Below are positions 1-9,547 of a stretch of DNA of 64,000 nucleotides, piece after piece (the stretch's first letter is position 1; each line of letters opens with the position of its first letter). The notes below the pieces were generated by a model. It saw only the letters and a list, made by a program, of their open reading frames with translations, was not told where the DNA came from and did no database searches. This stretch comes from an uncultured Desulfatitalea sp. (GTDB lineage: Bacteria; Desulfobacterota; Desulfobacteria; Desulfobacterales; Desulfosarcinaceae). The position numbers were made by a program, and so were the translations under genes. The stretch is from the NCBI GenBank assembly GCA_963668675.2, contig CAXXMB010000002.1, positions 448,001 through 512,000 of the forward strand. Direction: 5' to 3'.

Positions 1-37
1 TTCTATCTGCCAGAGAAAAGCTTATACCATTCTATCT

Positions 38-1108
38 ATGCTTTTATTTGTATGCATTCCGGATCCTTCATATGCGAGCAAGGCTTATTTAGATATACTC
101 TCTAATCCAGAAGGAGTCAAAGTATACATAAACGGAAAATATATCGGTGCAACTCCAATAACAGGAGTCGAAACTAAAACAAAAAAATTCAATCTAAGGG
201 CAATAAAAGAGGGATATGGTGAATTTAACAAAGATTTTGTTGTAGCCCCAAACGAGTTTAAATCTATCAGAATAAAATTGAAGTCAGTGAGAGAATCATC
301 CGGGAAGGTTGAGGAAGAAGTATGGCTAGAACAAGATACTGGTGCGCTGATGGTCATAAATCAGATAGGGCCAAAAGCTGTATATCTCGACGGAATGAAA
401 ATGGGCACCGGTTCTATTAAAATTGATAATATTACGACAGGTAATCATAGCATTACTGTTGGAAATCTAAATTGTAAAATACTTATCTACAAAAACTACA
501 TTTTAAAAGTAAAAATACATAAAGAAGGTGTTACTATCCTAAATGATCTCAAAAACATAGAGTATGTAAAAGAAAATAACACAATGGTGTTAGAGATGAT
601 TATAGGGTACATTGAAAAGAATGGTAGATGGGTGAAAGGAATAAATTTTGAGAAAGTACAAAAAAGCAAGAGTATATCAATTGAAGAATTCATTAAAGAA
701 TTAGTTGACGGAAAAGGGAGAAAGTTTCAGCTAAGAATAGAACGAAAAGTAACAGGGCCGCATAAATTGGAGAAAAGACCAAATAATAGGAGATATTCAT
801 ATAACGATAATAAATTTAACTATTCAATTTATATAAATGATAAGAAAATTACCGAAATAGAAAGACAATTTAAGCAAGAATCCTTACAAAGTAGTTATGG
901 GAACATTATAAAGTGGTATAAGAAACCAAAATCCAATAGCCCCATCTCTGATTCTTATAAGGAATATCCTATCGAACTTTCAATTAGTACAATCGACACA
1001 GATATAAATGATGTAAAAATGGGGGGGGCAATTGGATATAACTTAGGTGTCGTAGCTAAGATAGCACCGCTTGAAGAAGCTTTTGAATCAAGCAGTTGTT
1101 CTTATTAG
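38..1108 (+). CDS. PEGA domain-containing exported protein (frame is open to the window edge, so the start may lie upstream)
   Basis: N-terminal LDILSNPEGVKVYINGKYIGATP...AIKEGY is a PEGA signature; a second PEGA-like unit follows (AVYLDGMKMG...GNHSITV); low GC. Confidence 0.75.
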   Translation: MLLFVCIPDPSYASKAYLDILSNPEGVKVYINGKYIGATPITGVETKTKKFNLRAIKEGYGEFNKDFVVAPNEFKSIRIKLKSVRESSGKVEEEVWLEQDTGALMVINQIGPKAVYLDGMKMGTGSIKIDNITTGNHSITVGNLNCKILIYKNYILKVKIHKEGVTILNDLKNIEYVKENNTMVLEMIIGYIEKNGRWVKGINFEKVQKSKSISIEEFIKELVDGKGRKFQLRIERKVTGPHKLEKRPNNRRYSYNDNKFNYSIYINDKKITEIERQFKQESLQSSYGNIIKWYKKPKSNSPISDSYKEYPIELSISTIDTDINDVKMGGAIGYNLGVVAKIAPLEEAFESSSCSY

Positions 1109-1612
1109 GACTTATATCCCAAAAAAAGCGCAAGGTGTAACCGGATCTGCCATAGCCCTATGATAGCATTTTTCTAAAACCAAGAAGGATGCGATGGATA
1201 TCAATCAATTTAGAAAGCATTTTACAGATTAGGTAAATTGGCTGGGTTCTCTCATAAAAGCGCATGGAAGCTGGGCCATGCCACCAGAAAGATGATGGAC
1301 CCGGGGAAGGCACTTTTGCCGGCACTTAAAGGTATCGTTAGATTGGATAAAAAATATGGGCGGAAAACCGCGGGATGACGAACAAAAATAAATGAAGAGA
1401 TTTTCTCTGATAGAAAAATGATTAATCAATACTGAAAAAGTCATTTAATGGGTTTGGAACTTGCTTAATAAACCAGATACTGGGATGGATAATTTTCGTG
1501 AACTCAATTCAGAATTCTTTTTTGTGTAATTGCTTTAATTTAATGGTTGTTATTACAGAAAAATTGCTGATTATTAAGAAATTTTTATGATAGAGATCGA
1601 TATTTTTTATCA

Positions 1613-1981
1613 ATGAAACGATTACCAATTACGATTTACAAAAAAAGCAACTTTACTGAAATATATATGCCGAAGTTTATGAAGGAGCTAAATTTAACAA
1701 GTATCCATTGTAAAGCACATAATGTTGTTGGCAAAGTAAATAAAAGATGCAGCATATATCAAAACAAACTTGGGTATAGAGATGTCGATTATCGCCCACT
1801 AATAAATTATTGGTTTAAAAATGTTGATGAAGCCTTTGAAAAAAATAAAAGCAAAGAAGAAGTATCTAAAGCTATAAAAAGAATAGAAACAAAGATAAAC
1901 GCACTTCAGGAGACTTCATGTAAACGACTTCACTATTTTTATATTTTATATTTCAAAAAGATTTATGATGAACCCATATAA
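1613..1981 (+). CDS. Hypothetical protein (AT-rich ORFan)
   Basis: 122-aa ORF in very AT-rich DNA; no recognisable motif. Confidence 0.4.
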   Translation: MKRLPITIYKKSNFTEIYMPKFMKELNLTSIHCKAHNVVGKVNKRCSIYQNKLGYRDVDYRPLINYWFKNVDEAFEKNKSKEEVSKAIKRIETKINALQETSCKRLHYFYILYFKKIYDEPI

Positions 1982-2076
1982 TTCTAATTTATTCTGAGAG
2001 GTTTTGATTCCATATTGTCAAGAAGAACAGGCGTCAAAAGGAAAGTTATAATTTTATGGGCCCTTGCCCTTAGTCC

Positions 2077-2505
2077 CTACATGTTATCGAGAGAACTTCG
2101 CCTAAATTCGAAAACCACTTGTTTAATATCACCGCTCTTGACGTAGAATCTATTAGATTCCTTTGTTGCCCAGCGCGGCACGCGACCAACAAAAAACCAT
2201 GTTCCCCCATAATGTATTTTGACTTTAACAACATAACCTCCAGGGGATACATTAAATGCAGTTTCGTATATATCGTTGAAAATATCATCTTTTAATGCCA
2301 ATTGGTCATTTAGAAAGATTTTAATCGTCCCTTCAGCATCCGATATCATACCTTCTTTAAGCAATCCTACTGCATCGATTTTTATTTTTATTGTTCCAGG
2401 ATTGGAACTCACTTGATCTTGGGCGACGTATACGCCCTCATGAGATGCACCACACCCATTCATTAAAGCAAATAATATAGCTATAAGCACAATAAATTTT
2501 TTCAT
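2077..2505 (-). CDS. Putative lipoprotein
   Basis: MKKFIVLIAILFALMNGC signal peptide with lipobox-like Cys; AAGGAG RBS upstream. Confidence 0.7.
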   Translation of the reverse strand: MKKFIVLIAILFALMNGCGASHEGVYVAQDQVSSNPGTIKIKIDAVGLLKEGMISDAEGTIKIFLNDQLALKDDIFNDIYETAFNVSPGGYVVKVKIHYGGTWFFVGRVPRWATKESNRFYVKSGDIKQVVFEFRRSSLDNM

Positions 2506-2630
2506 AAATAACTACTCCTTGCCAAAATTTAATCATTTTAAAGCATACGTTATTTGACCGACGGATTCGAGACGCACTAACAACACTTTTTACACCCGTT
2601 TAAAAGCAAGCTCAAGACCGGGTGTCCAGA

Positions 2631-2779
2631 TCATTTTTCATAGGCCTTCATTCGGGATTCTTCAGTTTTGTATCCGGACATCACAATGACAGAAGGGCCT
2701 TTGCTTGATATTACAAGTTCCGCAAAATCCAGACCATTTAAGCCAGATTGATTAATCCCGGTAACGATGCAGTCATAGC
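2631..2779 (-). pseudogene. Response-regulator receiver-domain remnant cut by the IS21 left end
   Basis: YDCIVTGINQSGLNGLDFAE...VIVMSGY resembles the receiver motif DxxxxDxxMPxxxG...VIxxSG with the phosphoacceptor Asp replaced by Gly; similarity stops at the IS end at 2780. Confidence 0.55.
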
Positions 2780-2831
2780 TGTAGATGGTCGTATTAAAGT
2801 GAGCCAATAATGGTCGTTTAAAACTGAGCCA
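2780..2831 (+). repeat. IS21 left terminal repeat with two 22-bp direct repeats
   Basis: TGTAG, then ATGGTCGTATTAAAGTGAGCCA (2785-2806) and ATGGTCGTTTAAAACTGAGCCA (2810-2831). Confidence 0.8.
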
Positions 2832-2838
2832 CCAGGGG

Positions 2839-4221
2839 ATGGTCCAGGGGTCCCCCTGGGCCGATCCCCGGGTTAGCGGCACCCGTGGTGTTTATTATGG
2901 GATTAGCCATATCACCATAATCAAAACACCACAGGAGGCCGCATTCAAAACCAAGGAGACCATTTTGGATATTATCACTTTGTACAGACGCGGGCTTACG
3001 CAGCGCGCCATCGCCAGAAAGCTGGGGATCAGTCGAAATACAGTCAAAAAGTATATCGGTAATCCGGACCTGGTATTTAGGCAAACGCCGGTACGGCCGC
3101 GGAAAAGCCAACTCGACCCTTATGTGGATAACATTAAGGCTTGGATCGAAGAAGACAATGGCTACACGGCTACCTGGGTCTATGACCGGTTGACCCATAT
3201 TGGATTTGCCGGCAGCTACGAGATCGTTAAACGAATGGTTCGGCAACTCAAAGACCGACATCAACGAGTGGCTTATATGCGCTTTGAGACCGAACCGGGC
3301 TACCAGGCCCAGGTGGATTTTGCCGAGTTCCAGGTGGAGCATCCCAGCGGTCGGATCGAAAAATTGTATCTGTTTTCGATGATCCTGGGCTACTCACGAA
3401 AGATATACGCCGAGTTGATACCGCGCTGTGATCTGCCGTCTTTTCTGGACTGTCATATCAATGCCTTTGACTTTTTCGGTGGTGTACCGTCTCAGATCTT
3501 ATACGACCGCATGAAAAACGTCTACATTGGTAGGTTGGCGGGCCACCACCGCTTCAACGCCACATTGATCGGCTTTGCCCTTCATTACGGCTTCACTCCT
3601 CAAGTGGCGCCTGCATACGCCGCCTGGGTAAAGGGCAAGGTCGAACGGCCCTACTCGTTTATCCGGGAAGGCTTCTGGCGCGGTTACGGTTACCTTGATT
3701 TGGAGACCGCCAATAATGACTTGATGGCATGGCTCAAACGAAAGGAGCACCGGGTCCATGGTACCACCCATGAGGTGGTGGCACAGCGTTTTGAACGCGA
3801 ATATCCTCATCTGGGACCGTTGCCCCGGCAGCCCTTTGACACCTCCTATCGGGTTTTTCGAAAGGTCCATAAAGATTGTACGATTCGATTCGAAGGCAAC
3901 AGTTTTGTCGTCCCCCATCCTCTGGTGGGCAAGCAACTAATCTTAAGGGTTAAAGATCATGTGATGCGGATCTATGACGATGACCGGTTTGTGGTCATTT
4001 ACCAAATCCCATCGACCAAGGGCAATCTCGTACAGGGCAAACGCTTTTATGAAGCGCTGAGAAACGATCAACAGATGAACCGCCGCAAATACGGCCGTGG
4101 CCAGCCGGGAAAAGGCCGCGCCAAGCACACCATCAGCCCGCGAAAGCCGGCGTATGACATCCCGGTGGATATCCGCCCCATTGAGGCATACGATGATTAT
4201 GTCAGTGAGGTGCGGATATGA
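2839..4221 (+). CDS. istA: IS21-family transposase IstA (true start probably near 2965)
   Basis: HTH RAIARKLGISRNTVKKY; RFETEPGYQAQVDF; LYDRMK; KGKVER; HGTT. Confidence 0.92.
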   Translation: MVQGSPWADPRVSGTRGVYYGISHITIIKTPQEAAFKTKETILDIITLYRRGLTQRAIARKLGISRNTVKKYIGNPDLVFRQTPVRPRKSQLDPYVDNIKAWIEEDNGYTATWVYDRLTHIGFAGSYEIVKRMVRQLKDRHQRVAYMRFETEPGYQAQVDFAEFQVEHPSGRIEKLYLFSMILGYSRKIYAELIPRCDLPSFLDCHINAFDFFGGVPSQILYDRMKNVYIGRLAGHHRFNATLIGFALHYGFTPQVAPAYAAWVKGKVERPYSFIREGFWRGYGYLDLETANNDLMAWLKRKEHRVHGTTHEVVAQRFEREYPHLGPLPRQPFDTSYRVFRKVHKDCTIRFEGNSFVVPHPLVGKQLILRVKDHVMRIYDDDRFVVIYQIPSTKGNLVQGKRFYEALRNDQQMNRRKYGRGQPGKGRAKHTISPRKPAYDIPVDIRPIEAYDDYVSEVRI

Positions 4222-4357
4222 GGGAAGCACTCTTGGCCGATAGAATTGAATCGAACCTGAACCGGCTGCGGCTTCCGCGCATACGCGACATCCTGGAGCG
4301 CACCATTGCCTCTGCGGAACAAAACGGTTCGAGTTATCTGTCCTTTTTGGACGAACT
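4131..4357 (+). repeat. 227-bp direct repeat, copy 1 (istA 3' end plus istB 5' end)
   Basis: Matches 6803-7029 (CATCAGCCCGCGAAAGCC...TTTTTGGACGAACT) as read by eye. Confidence 0.92.
4218..4357 (+). pseudogene. istB: istB 5' fragment interrupted by IS66
   Basis: ATGA overlap with the istA stop; MREALLADRIESNL... ends at the IS66 GTAA terminus. Confidence 0.85.
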
Positions 4358-4385
4358 GTAAGCGTCAAAGGAAGTACACCTGCAG

Positions 4386-5978
4386 CTATACGCGTGATGA
4401 GCTGATCAGTTCAGGATCGATATTCTGAGGTAGCAGGTTGCGATAACCATCTTGATTTTTGACAAGCGGAAGATTTTCAAACAAACAGCGAAGATAAGAA
4501 TAAGGCTCCAGCCCATTGGCCTTGGCGGTTTCAATCAGGGTAAAAAACGTTGCTGCGGCATCAGCCCCATTGGGTGCACCGGCAAATAGCCAATTTTTTC
4601 TTCCTACAACGAATGGGCGGATGGCATTTTCGGCAGCGTTGTTGTCAGGTTTATAATGCCCATCTTCGATATACACAGCCAGCTTGGACCAGTTGCGGAG
4701 GCTATAGTTGATCGCGATGCCCAAAAGCCCTTTCGGAGGTGTTAACGGCTGCGTCTTTTCCAGCCACTTTTCAAACGCATCCAGGATCGGCTTGGCTTTC
4801 TCCTGGCGAAGGGCATGGACCTGCTCCGGTGACATCTGTTGATCCCGAGCGAACCTTTCAACTTTGTACAATAGGCCGATGTACTCCAACGCCTCATCTG
4901 CCAGGGTTTGGGTATCGGCCCGGTTGCCCCGGTTTTTTTTACGGGCCTTGATCACCTCGGCGAACTTGCGACGGGCATGCGCCCAGCATCCCATGTGTAC
5001 GATGCCGGTCTTTTTGCCCAGGTAGTCATAGCCATCATAATCGTCGCTTTGGATCGTGCCTTTGTAATCATCCAAAAACGTCAAGGCTACTTTACCGCTG
5101 CGGGTGGGATGATACCGGTACAACACGCTCGGCCGATCGTATTGCCCACCGCAAAAGACCCACATGTAAGATTTACTGGTGTTGGCCCGGCCGGGCTCTT
5201 TTAAGACCTGAAGCGGCGTTTCGTCCATCTGGATCAAGGGGCCCTCCCGGATCTGTTGCTCGACCAATTCGATCAGGGGGCTGCATCGCCGGGCTGCCTG
5301 CACCAGCCAATTGGCCATGGTGGCACGCGACAGATCCACACCCAAGCGGGCAAACATCTTTTGCTGACGGTAAAGCGGCAGGGCGTCAGCAAACTTGGAC
5401 ACGGCAATGTGCGCCAAAAGCCCTTCGGTGACCATCGACTTTTCGATCAGCTGCACCGGGGCCGGCGCGATCTTTACCGTGGGACCGTCATCTTCAACGC
5501 CCTCACAACTTTTGCAGGCGTATTTGTACCGGACATGGCGTATCACCTGAACCTTGGCCGGTATATAGTCGAGCTTTTCGCAGGTCTCTTGTCCGATGCG
5601 GCTCAGCTTGGCGCCGCAAGCGCACATCTTTTGATCTTCGGGCAGATCGTGGATGACCTCGACGCGCGGCAGATCCTCGGGCAACGGTTTGCGACCGCGC
5701 TTGCGCCGCTTGTGGGCAGGAACAACGATCGTGTCCTGTGATGTTGGGACTGGATCGGGCGTATCGTCCAGTTGACCAAAAATCGGCATTTGGCGGTTAT
5801 CGCCCTGGCGGCGCTGTTCACTCTTTTTCCCAAACAGCTCGTTTTGCAACAATCGGATGCGCTCTTCCAGGTAATGGATCTTTTCCTGGTACTTTTGATC
5901 GATGGCTTCGATAAAAGAAGCAATGTCTTGCTTGGATAAGCGAACATCATCAGGCAGGCTGGACAGGTCCGATTTCAT
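4386..5978 (-). CDS. tnpC: IS66 DDE transposase TnpC
   Basis: LFGKKSE, zinc finger CACG...YACKSC, DALPLYRQ, MDETP, CWAHARRKF, DNNAAENAIRPFVVGRKNWLF, ETAKANG. Confidence 0.95.
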   Translation of the reverse strand: MKSDLSSLPDDVRLSKQDIASFIEAIDQKYQEKIHYLEERIRLLQNELFGKKSEQRRQGDNRQMPIFGQLDDTPDPVPTSQDTIVVPAHKRRKRGRKPLPEDLPRVEVIHDLPEDQKMCACGAKLSRIGQETCEKLDYIPAKVQVIRHVRYKYACKSCEGVEDDGPTVKIAPAPVQLIEKSMVTEGLLAHIAVSKFADALPLYRQQKMFARLGVDLSRATMANWLVQAARRCSPLIELVEQQIREGPLIQMDETPLQVLKEPGRANTSKSYMWVFCGGQYDRPSVLYRYHPTRSGKVALTFLDDYKGTIQSDDYDGYDYLGKKTGIVHMGCWAHARRKFAEVIKARKKNRGNRADTQTLADEALEYIGLLYKVERFARDQQMSPEQVHALRQEKAKPILDAFEKWLEKTQPLTPPKGLLGIAINYSLRNWSKLAVYIEDGHYKPDNNAAENAIRPFVVGRKNWLFAGAPNGADAAATFFTLIETAKANGLEPYSYLRCLFENLPLVKNQDGYRNLLPQNIDPELISSSRV

Positions 5979-6042
5979 GCCTGCGTGTATAGCATAACCG
6001 GCCGTTATTTTGAAGGGAATTTCTTAAAAAGAAGTAAAATAT

Positions 6043-6390
6043 TTATGCTACCGCAGAGTAGTATAATTGCTCGTGGGCACTAGTAAAGTCCAGGCCCGCC
6101 AGAAGCCAGTTCAACTGTTTAGCGCCGATGGTCACCACCTCGTCAACTGATATCGGCCATTTGAAGCGATGCTTTTCAAGACGCTTGAGCCACAGACAAA
6201 AACCGTTGTGGTCCCAGTACAGGATCTTGATGATGGTGCGCGCCCGATTGCAAAACACGAACAGATCCCCTGAAAAGGGGTTTAACGACATGTCCTGCTC
6301 GACCATGATCGAAAGCCCGTTGATGGCCTTTCTCATATCGGTGTGCCCGACGGCGAGAAATACGCGCTGAGTGTTTTGCGGCAGCATCAT
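6043..6390 (-). CDS. tnpB: IS66 accessory protein TnpB
   Basis: TDMRKAINGL...DLFVFCNR...IKILYWDHNGFCLWLKRLE; start at MMLPQ overlaps the tnpA stop (ATGA). Confidence 0.92.
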   Translation of the reverse strand: MMLPQNTQRVFLAVGHTDMRKAINGLSIMVEQDMSLNPFSGDLFVFCNRARTIIKILYWDHNGFCLWLKRLEKHRFKWPISVDEVVTIGAKQLNWLLAGLDFTSAHEQLYYSAVA

Positions 6391-6719
6391 AGCACCTTGA
6401 TCGTTGCGATGAGTTGTCGCAGCACATGCGGATCGAAGTTGCCGGGGACATCGATACAAAACCCGTTGGGGGTGTGCAATTTCAATGTTGCCTGATGAAC
6501 CGGCACGGGAAGATGGGATGCCACTTTCAGCGGTACGAATGAGATGCTCTGCTCGGTTTTTGACAAGCGGTTTTTCCAGTAGCTCATCTGGTATTGCTTG
6601 ATCCCGTGCTCCTGGCAATAGGCTGCTTGCTTCAAACCACTTTGTTGCCAGGCGTTAATGTGGTGTTGCCAATACTTGCGCTTTTGTTTGCGAGTTTTGT
6701 TCGAACTGGTGGTGCTCAT
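6387..6719 (-). CDS. tnpA: IS66 accessory protein TnpA
   Basis: YWQHHINAWQQSGLKQAAYCQEHGI...YW...FVPL; GGAGG RBS. Confidence 0.9.
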   Translation of the reverse strand: MSTTSSNKTRKQKRKYWQHHINAWQQSGLKQAAYCQEHGIKQYQMSYWKNRLSKTEQSISFVPLKVASHLPVPVHQATLKLHTPNGFCIDVPGNFDPHVLRQLIATIKVL

Positions 6720-6802
6720 CTGTGCGCCTCCTTATCGGAAATTTTGGCGCACTATGGCATGGCTGCTATCGTTTGAGAAGATGGGGTTAATTGAACCCTT
6801 AC

Positions 6803-7029
6803 CATCAGCCCGCGAAAGCCGGCGTATGACATCCCGGTGGATATCCGCCCCATTGAGGCATACGATGATTATGTCAGTGAGGTGCGGATATGAGGGAAGC
6901 ACTCTTGGCCGATAGAATTGAATCGAACCTGAACCGGCTGCGGCTTCCGCGCATACGCGACATCCTGGAGCGCACCATTGCCTCTGCGGAACAAAACGGT
7001 TCGAGTTATCTGTCCTTTTTGGACGAACT
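6803..7029 (+). repeat. 227-bp direct repeat, copy 2
   Basis: Begins immediately after the IS66 end; matches 4131-4357. Confidence 0.92.
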
Positions 7030-7350
7030 GCTTGAAGAAGAGGTTGCGAACAAAGAGCAGCGCCGAATCGAGACCGCTTTGAAAATCTCAGGATTGCCCT
7101 TTATTAAGGGCATCGATGAATTTGATTTTACCTTCCAGCCGAAGCTTGATCGTCAAAAAGTCATGTCGCTGTTCGATCTGACGTTTATCCGTCAAAACGG
7201 CAATGTGATCTTTCTCGGCCCTCCATGCGTTGGCAAAACCCACCTGGCAGTGTCACTTGCGCTCAAGGCCTGTCAGGCAGGGTTGAGCATCTATTTTACG
7301 ACGATGTCGGATTTGATCCTCAAGCTTAAAAAGGATCATGAAGCACAACG
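6890..7350 (+). pseudogene. istB: IS21 helper ATPase IstB, C-terminally truncated (ORF runs on into unrelated DNA to 7483)
   Basis: FDFTFQPKLD, Walker A GPPCVGKT; similarity stops at about aa 154, before Walker B. Confidence 0.85.
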
Positions 7351-7383
7351 TGTACACCCCCCTCTTTCCGAGCATCAGCCCAC

Positions 7384-7420
7384 AAAAAAAGGGCTCCAAG
7401 ACAACCTCTTGAAACCCTTT
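7384..7420 (-). terminator. Rho-independent terminator downstream of tRNA-Leu
   Basis: Minus strand AAAGGGTTTCAAGA-GGTTG-TCTTGGAGCCCTTT followed by a T run. Confidence 0.7.
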
Positions 7421-7429
7421 GTTTTTATA

Positions 7430-7516
7430 TGGTGCCGGAGGAGAGAATCGAACTCTCAAGGGGTTGCCCCCGGCGGATTTTGAGTCCGCTGCGTTTACCT
7501 ATTTCACCACTCCGGC
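7430..7516 (-). tRNA. tRNA-Leu(CAA)
   Basis: GCCGGAGTGGTGAAATAGGTAAACGCAGCGGACT-CAA-AATCCGCC, long variable arm GGGGCAACCCC, GTTCGATTC, encoded CCA; 87 nt. Confidence 0.96.
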
Positions 7517-7631
7517 ATGAATTCGGCTTTATAGGCAAAATGGGTTGGATTGTCAACGATCTTGACGGCAAGCCGCTGGTTCTTTTTGGTATTGCCTTTT
7601 CGGTATCGGTGATTCTTGGTGGCGGAGTGCT

Positions 7632-9329
7632 TTAGATTTTGAACTGAGTCACCATGGCATTGAGCTGTTCTGCGAGTTCGGCAAGCTCTTTAGCACTTGA
7701 ATTGACCTGTACGCTTCCGTCGGACATCTCCCGGGTGGTTTGATCTACCTCCTGGACGTCTTTGGCGATGTCTGTGGAGACCGTTGCCATCTGGGCAACG
7801 TTGGTATTGACATCTTGTATGCCTGAAGCCGCCTGATTGACATTGTTGGCAATATCCCTGGTCGACGTTGCCTGTTCTTCGACTGCGGTGGCAATGGTGG
7901 CCACAATCTCATTGATGTCGGTGATCACCTTTTCGATCTGGCTGATCTCTGTTACGCTTCTATCTGTCGAACCTTGAATACCTTCTATTTTTTGGCGAAT
8001 ATCCTGAGTTGCCTCCGCGGTTTGTTTGGCCAGCTCCTTTATTTCGTTTGCGACCACGGCAAATCCTTTGCCGGCTTCGCCGGCCCGAGCAGCCTCGATG
8101 GTAGCATTTAGAGCCAACAAATTGGTTTGCTCGGAAATGTCATTGATCGCTTCGGTGACCTTGCCGACATCCATGGCCGCTTTGCCGAGTTGGGCCACGC
8201 TTGACGATATCGTTTTCACCATGCTAACCGCATCACCGGTGATTGCGCGTCCCTTCTCCGTATTGCCGGCAATCTCGTTGATGGTCGAACTCATCTGCTC
8301 GGATGCAGCCGCCACCATCCGGACATTGTTGGAAGCCTGTTCCGAGGCTGCAGCCACACTGCTCATCGTTCCACTCATCTGATCGGCCGCTGTTGCGACC
8401 TGACCGGTTCTGCTGGAGGTTTTCTCCACGCCGGCCGTCAGCTGCTCAGAGATGGCGGAGAGTTCGGTGGAGGACTCGGTCATCGTGTCGACGCCAAGCA
8501 CGACATCACCGATCATGGCCTTGAGCTGTTCGGACATTTTGTTCAATGATCGCACACATTGCCCTATTTCGTCGTTGGTTTCGACCACCATGGTCTGGGT
8601 GAAATCACCGGTTGCCATGGTTTCGGCAAATGTGGCGGCTTTTTTGATGGGACCGATGATTAATCTGGCCACCACGATCCCCAGCACAATACTGATGACG
8701 GTTCCTGTGAGGGATAGCACCAGGATCAATTTCTGATAAAAGCTTCCTTGGGCAATTACCGATCGGGAAGATCCTTTGATCATCACCAATCCGGCCCCGG
8801 CAATCTTTTCCACATTGGATTCGAACTGATAGATATGATCTTTAAACGGCTTCATCAATTGGTTGCCCTTTTGAGGCGTAATCGATTTGTCGTGTTGAAT
8901 GGTGCTCACAAGTCCCAAAAATCCTGATACATATTGTTTATAAGCGCGTGAAGCGTCGTCCATGGCTGCATAGATGTCATCAGACAGGTGTGAATCGGCC
9001 TTCATATAGACCGCCATGGTCTTCATCTTTTCACTGGTTTTGGCTGAAACCTTCTTGAATTTTTGAATATAGCCGTTCTGCTTTTCAAGGTTTCCGATAT
9101 TGAGAAAAAAATCCTTTTCGTACCTGCGATGTTCAAGCGCCATGTTGCTGAGCTTATCGGCATCTTCCAGGAATTTGATGTCTTCGGTGGATAACGCTTC
9201 GAATGCAGTCATGTTGGCTTTTATGATCCGGTAGCCAAGTCCACCGACAATGCCTGTGATCAGGGAAACCAGGATAAATCCGCCAACCATTTTCTGAAAC
9301 AATGATAGATTGATCTTCACAAATAACAT
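7632..9329 (-). CDS. Methyl-accepting chemotaxis protein
   Basis: TM, periplasmic domain, TM, HAMP, then [34 protein letters not shown]. Confidence 0.95.
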   Translation of the reverse strand: MLFVKINLSLFQKMVGGFILVSLITGIVGGLGYRIIKANMTAFEALSTEDIKFLEDADKLSNMALEHRRYEKDFFLNIGNLEKQNGYIQKFKKVSAKTSEKMKTMAVYMKADSHLSDDIYAAMDDASRAYKQYVSGFLGLVSTIQHDKSITPQKGNQLMKPFKDHIYQFESNVEKIAGAGLVMIKGSSRSVIAQGSFYQKLILVLSLTGTVISIVLGIVVARLIIGPIKKAATFAETMATGDFTQTMVVETNDEIGQCVRSLNKMSEQLKAMIGDVVLGVDTMTESSTELSAISEQLTAGVEKTSSRTGQVATAADQMSGTMSSVAAASEQASNNVRMVAAASEQMSSTINEIAGNTEKGRAITGDAVSMVKTISSSVAQLGKAAMDVGKVTEAINDISEQTNLLALNATIEAARAGEAGKGFAVVANEIKELAKQTAEATQDIRQKIEGIQGSTDRSVTEISQIEKVITDINEIVATIATAVEEQATSTRDIANNVNQAASGIQDVNTNVAQMATVSTDIAKDVQEVDQTTREMSDGSVQVNSSAKELAELAEQLNAMVTQFKI

Positions 9330-9519
9330 CCCAATTTAACATACTGATATATTAAACTATTTAAAAAGACGACAAATCCGTATTATTGAAGATTAGGCTG
9401 CACGGTTTCCACAACGGCCATGTACGCGTCATAGTCGAATTAAAAACACCCGTCGGCGGGCGCCATTGCAGATTTTTTGGACGGCGGCCTTTTTCATGCG
9501 CTGCCACACCAAAAAGACT

Positions 9520-9546
9520 ATATCGACACATTCATCGGTAAGTTGA
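9520..9546 (-). promoter_or_regulatory. Possible sigma28 (FliA) promoter for the MCP
   Basis: TCAACTTA-N11-GTCGATAT against consensus TAAAGTTT-N11-GCCGATAA. Confidence 0.4.
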
Positions 9547-9547
9547 T

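Larger units (their letters stand above)
4358..6802 (-). mobile_element. IS66-family insertion sequence (apparently complete)
   Basis: Termini GTAAGCGTCAAAGGAAG (4358) and, on the reverse strand, GTAAGGGTTCAATTAAC (6802); tnpA-tnpB-tnpC inside. Confidence 0.92.
2780..7350 (+). mobile_element. IS21-family element, interrupted by IS66 and lacking its right end
   Basis: TG-initiated left end with tandem subterminal repeats, istA, and istB in two pieces; no right IR before the tRNA terminator. Confidence 0.85.
1..7429. mobile_element. Right-hand part of a putative genomic island integrated at the 3' end of tRNA-Leu
   Basis: 1-2780 is markedly AT-rich compared with the rest of the window, contains ORFans and nested IS elements, and ends just downstream of tRNA-Leu (minus strand). 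No integrase or second att copy is seen inside the window. Confidence 0.65.

Noticed and set aside
1195..1392. Frame with internal TAG and TGA (MDINQFRKHFTD*VNWLG...) as a recoded gene
   Set aside because: Two different stops, no SECIS-like hairpin seen and no recognisable homology; at most a decayed pseudogene.
7351..7483. C-terminal tail of the 197-aa istB ORF as a novel domain
   Set aside because: Read-through across a terminator and the antisense strand of tRNA-Leu.
9340..9520. c-di-GMP riboswitch upstream of the MCP
   Set aside because: The conserved GEMM motif was not found on the coding strand.
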